Of a DNA stretch of 64,000 nucleotides, positions 61,754-64,000 are shown piece after piece. How positions within the stretch are numbered: position 1 is the stretch's first letter; each line of letters opens with the position of its first letter. Origin of the DNA: Phoronis australis (Eukaryota > Animalia > Phoronida); assembly GCA_002633005.1 (NCBI GenBank), contig NMRA01000063.1:739391-803390 (forward strand), given 5' to 3'. The notes beneath the pieces are model-generated. The model made no database searches and was not told where the DNA came from. It worked only from the letters and a program-made list of their open reading frames with translations. The translations under genes were made by a program, and so were the position numbers.

Positions 61754-62035
61754 AAACATGAGTTTATTTTGACCTAAAACATGAGTTTATTTTGACCTAA
61801 AACATGAGTTTATTTTGACCTAAAACATGAATTTATTTTGACCTCAAACATGAGTTTATTTTGACCTCAAACATGAGTTTATTTTGACCTAAAACATGAG
61901 TTTATTTTGACCTAAAACATGAATTTATTTTGACCTCAAACATGAGTTTATTTTGACCTCAAACATGAGTTTATTTCGACCTCAAACATGAGTTTATTTC
62001 GACCTCAAACATGAGTTTATTTTGACCTAAAACAT
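61754..62035. repeat. 23-bp tandem repeat, ~12 copies
   Basis: aaacatgagtttattttgacctM. Confidence 0.97.
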
Positions 62036-62424
62036 ACCAGTTGTGGTTGACATAAGGTAATTTATATTTAACTTTCAATATTTAACGAGAAAATGCAACT
62101 GTTGAAATAACCGAATGCTCAAGCACTTTCCACACACAGGCAGCTGATGGCTTATTACTGTTGTAAATCAAACGTCAAGCTGAAACGTAAACACAATCAT
62201 TTCATACTTGTAATGTGGCCGTCCCCAGTAACCTACCCCAACTTGCCGGCGCAGGACTTCAGACACTGAGCGTAATGCTTGTATGCCACATTGGCAGGTG
62301 GCATCACCTCCCTAATATCCCAAATTCCACATTTTATACCTATACGTGGGCGTATAAAAACATCCTGATAATTAAAATCACTCTCCGAAAATTAATTTAA
62401 CAAGAACACACAACTGGCGATTAC

Positions 62425-62589
62425 CTCACAAGCTCTTTTCGCAGCATCCACTGTGTGGAATTCAATGAAAGCAAATCCTTTGATGTCTCCTGTACTCTTG
62501 TACCGCGGAAGGCTCACATAAGCCACTTTACCACATGGTTCAAATACTTTCCTGAGATACTCATGGTCTACTGTTGGCGGCAGGCATTC
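62425..62589 (-). CDS. LARP7: LARP7 coding exon (RRM1)
   Basis: ECLPPTVDHEYLRKVFEPCGKVAYVSLPRYKSTGDIKGFAFIEFHTVDAAKRACE; RNP1 KGFAFIEF plus LARP7-type YKSTGD. Confidence 0.95.
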
Positions 62590-62835
62590 CTGTGGCAATG
62601 TAATAGTCAGTTCAACGACCTTTGGAAAAACATTGACTTGGGTTACATTGCAAGCTATGGGAAAGAATTATGAGAGTCAAGCCAAGCCAAGGTAATAAAG
62701 ATATATATTCATGCAACCAGTATTACTTGTATTTTGTCTTAAAATGCTTGTGTAACTTCACGGTGAACAAAAGAGGCATAAGCCCTATCTAATGAAAAAA
62801 TAAACATTTCAAATGAATTTTCAACTTGTACTGAC

Positions 62836-62916
62836 CACGTATACTGTTCTCTCGTCCACATTTTCTGGAGGTACTAATGGCGTGGTTCTCCTGACGTACT
62901 TTCCATCTTCACTTAT
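62836..62916 (-). CDS. LARP7: LARP7 coding exon (end of La motif, start of RRM1); upstream exons outside window
   Basis: ISEDGKYVRRTTPLVPPENVDERTVYV; aag| and |gtcagt. Confidence 0.93.
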
Positions 62917-63653
62917 CTTCAAAGAAGACATTTAGTGTATTAAGTGCAAAACTGACAGACATAATGAAACATCAACACCTCATCATAGTTGCATACAGGA
63001 AAGCTACAGACAAAAAAATGAAATGTACTGAAACAACTAAATCCAATTAGTTAACATCAGAATAATCCTAAGATAAAATTGTTAAAGCATTCAAAACATT
63101 TTCAGGAATTGTTATAAAATCTCAATGTGATGTGCAGTCGAGTAATGGGAACAATGTGTTTGAAAGACAAATATTAAGATGGAGATTAACTTGGTGTTTG
63201 CAATTTCCAAAGATATGACTGAGTCATGTACAGCCATATTCAAGAACTTTTTCTCAATACACTGTCAAGGATTGTGACACAAGTTGTTCATACTTGTGTC
63301 ACATTTCAAAACAGTTTCCATTCATTCCAACTAATTTTCCATCTCCATAAGTTATCCATGATTTGACCAGAGTTTACTGGTCATTTTTCACGACACACAA
63401 ACACAACTACTTCGCAACTTGCACCCAAAATGTTATTTGGAAACTTAATTTCCCTGTCCTGTTGACACATCCTGAATTATGACATTATAACATGGTAATG
63501 TATACATGGTTGAAAAGCATTCGTTTATACCTAAGGTTATTTCAGAACCTCATGTCCAGGATTAATGTTCCCACGACATACGTGAACTGAGCAAGAAAGA
63601 GAGAACATCTGCATAACTTTTAGACTGTAGCTTTTCATTTCAGTTTATACTTA

Positions 63654-64000
63654 CAGGGCTCGACGCTAATAAAATCGCCAGGTCGCATTTTGCGACCTAG
63701 CCAAAATCCCAGGTCGCATTTTCAAAATCCAGCTCGCATTCGTAAATGCCAGGTCGCAAAATTTTCCCGCCATTTTTACGCGCCAAAACAGATTTTTTAG
63801 ATCATCGGGAAAATGTTTAGATTATGCTCTTACCTGCAGCGTTAAATACTCACAAATTTCGGATTTCAAAATTGACTTCATTCATGCAGGTACGGCCTTA
63901 CTGTTCTTCACGACCGCCATTGAAAGTCTCTAGAGCGCAAGGCAAGTTGCCGACGTGAAAGTTGAATCAGTGCTCTCTAACTGACTCGTGCATTCGAGTA
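63654..64000. mobile_element. Left end of a probable hAT-like element running off the window
   Basis: CAGGGCTCGACGCTAA start like the 42369 element; repeated caggtcgca subterminal motifs. Confidence 0.55.

Noticed and set aside
36882-62835. miR-302/367-like cluster or snoRNAs in LARP7 introns
   Set aside because: That cluster is vertebrate-specific, and I saw no convincing pre-miRNA hairpins or box C/D or H/ACA candidates by eye; an Infernal/Rfam scan would be needed.

Overview
AT-rich, intron-rich genomic DNA from an animal, most likely a marine invertebrate; this is a draft scaffold with two N-gaps and several single-N contig joins. Two conserved genes point toward each other from the ends: the last three coding exons of SIRT7 (+, 692-4503) and the last nine coding exons of LARP7 (-, 62916-36792). 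All their splice phases join in frame. The ~30 kb between them is accessory DNA. It holds a single-ORF 1259-aa type I membrane protein with five neuroglian/L1-like Ig domains and a cytoplasmic array of eight alternating ~62-aa helical repeats that I cannot assign to a family; this is the main candidate novelty. It also holds a fused Gypsy/Copia remnant whose Copia gag is inverted, a KolobokP-like THAP remnant, a pogo element carrying a HIRAN-like gene, several MITEs and a decayed LRR gene. A diverged ~460-bp inverted repeat pair brackets the Ig gene and the retroelements. The LARP7 introns contain a complex repeat with CTCF-like motifs every ~145 bp, a hAT remnant with a 5-bp TSD, a 50-bp satellite inside a TIR element, a tRNA-derived SINE and many minisatellites. 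All family calls come from motif recognition by eye; no searches were run.
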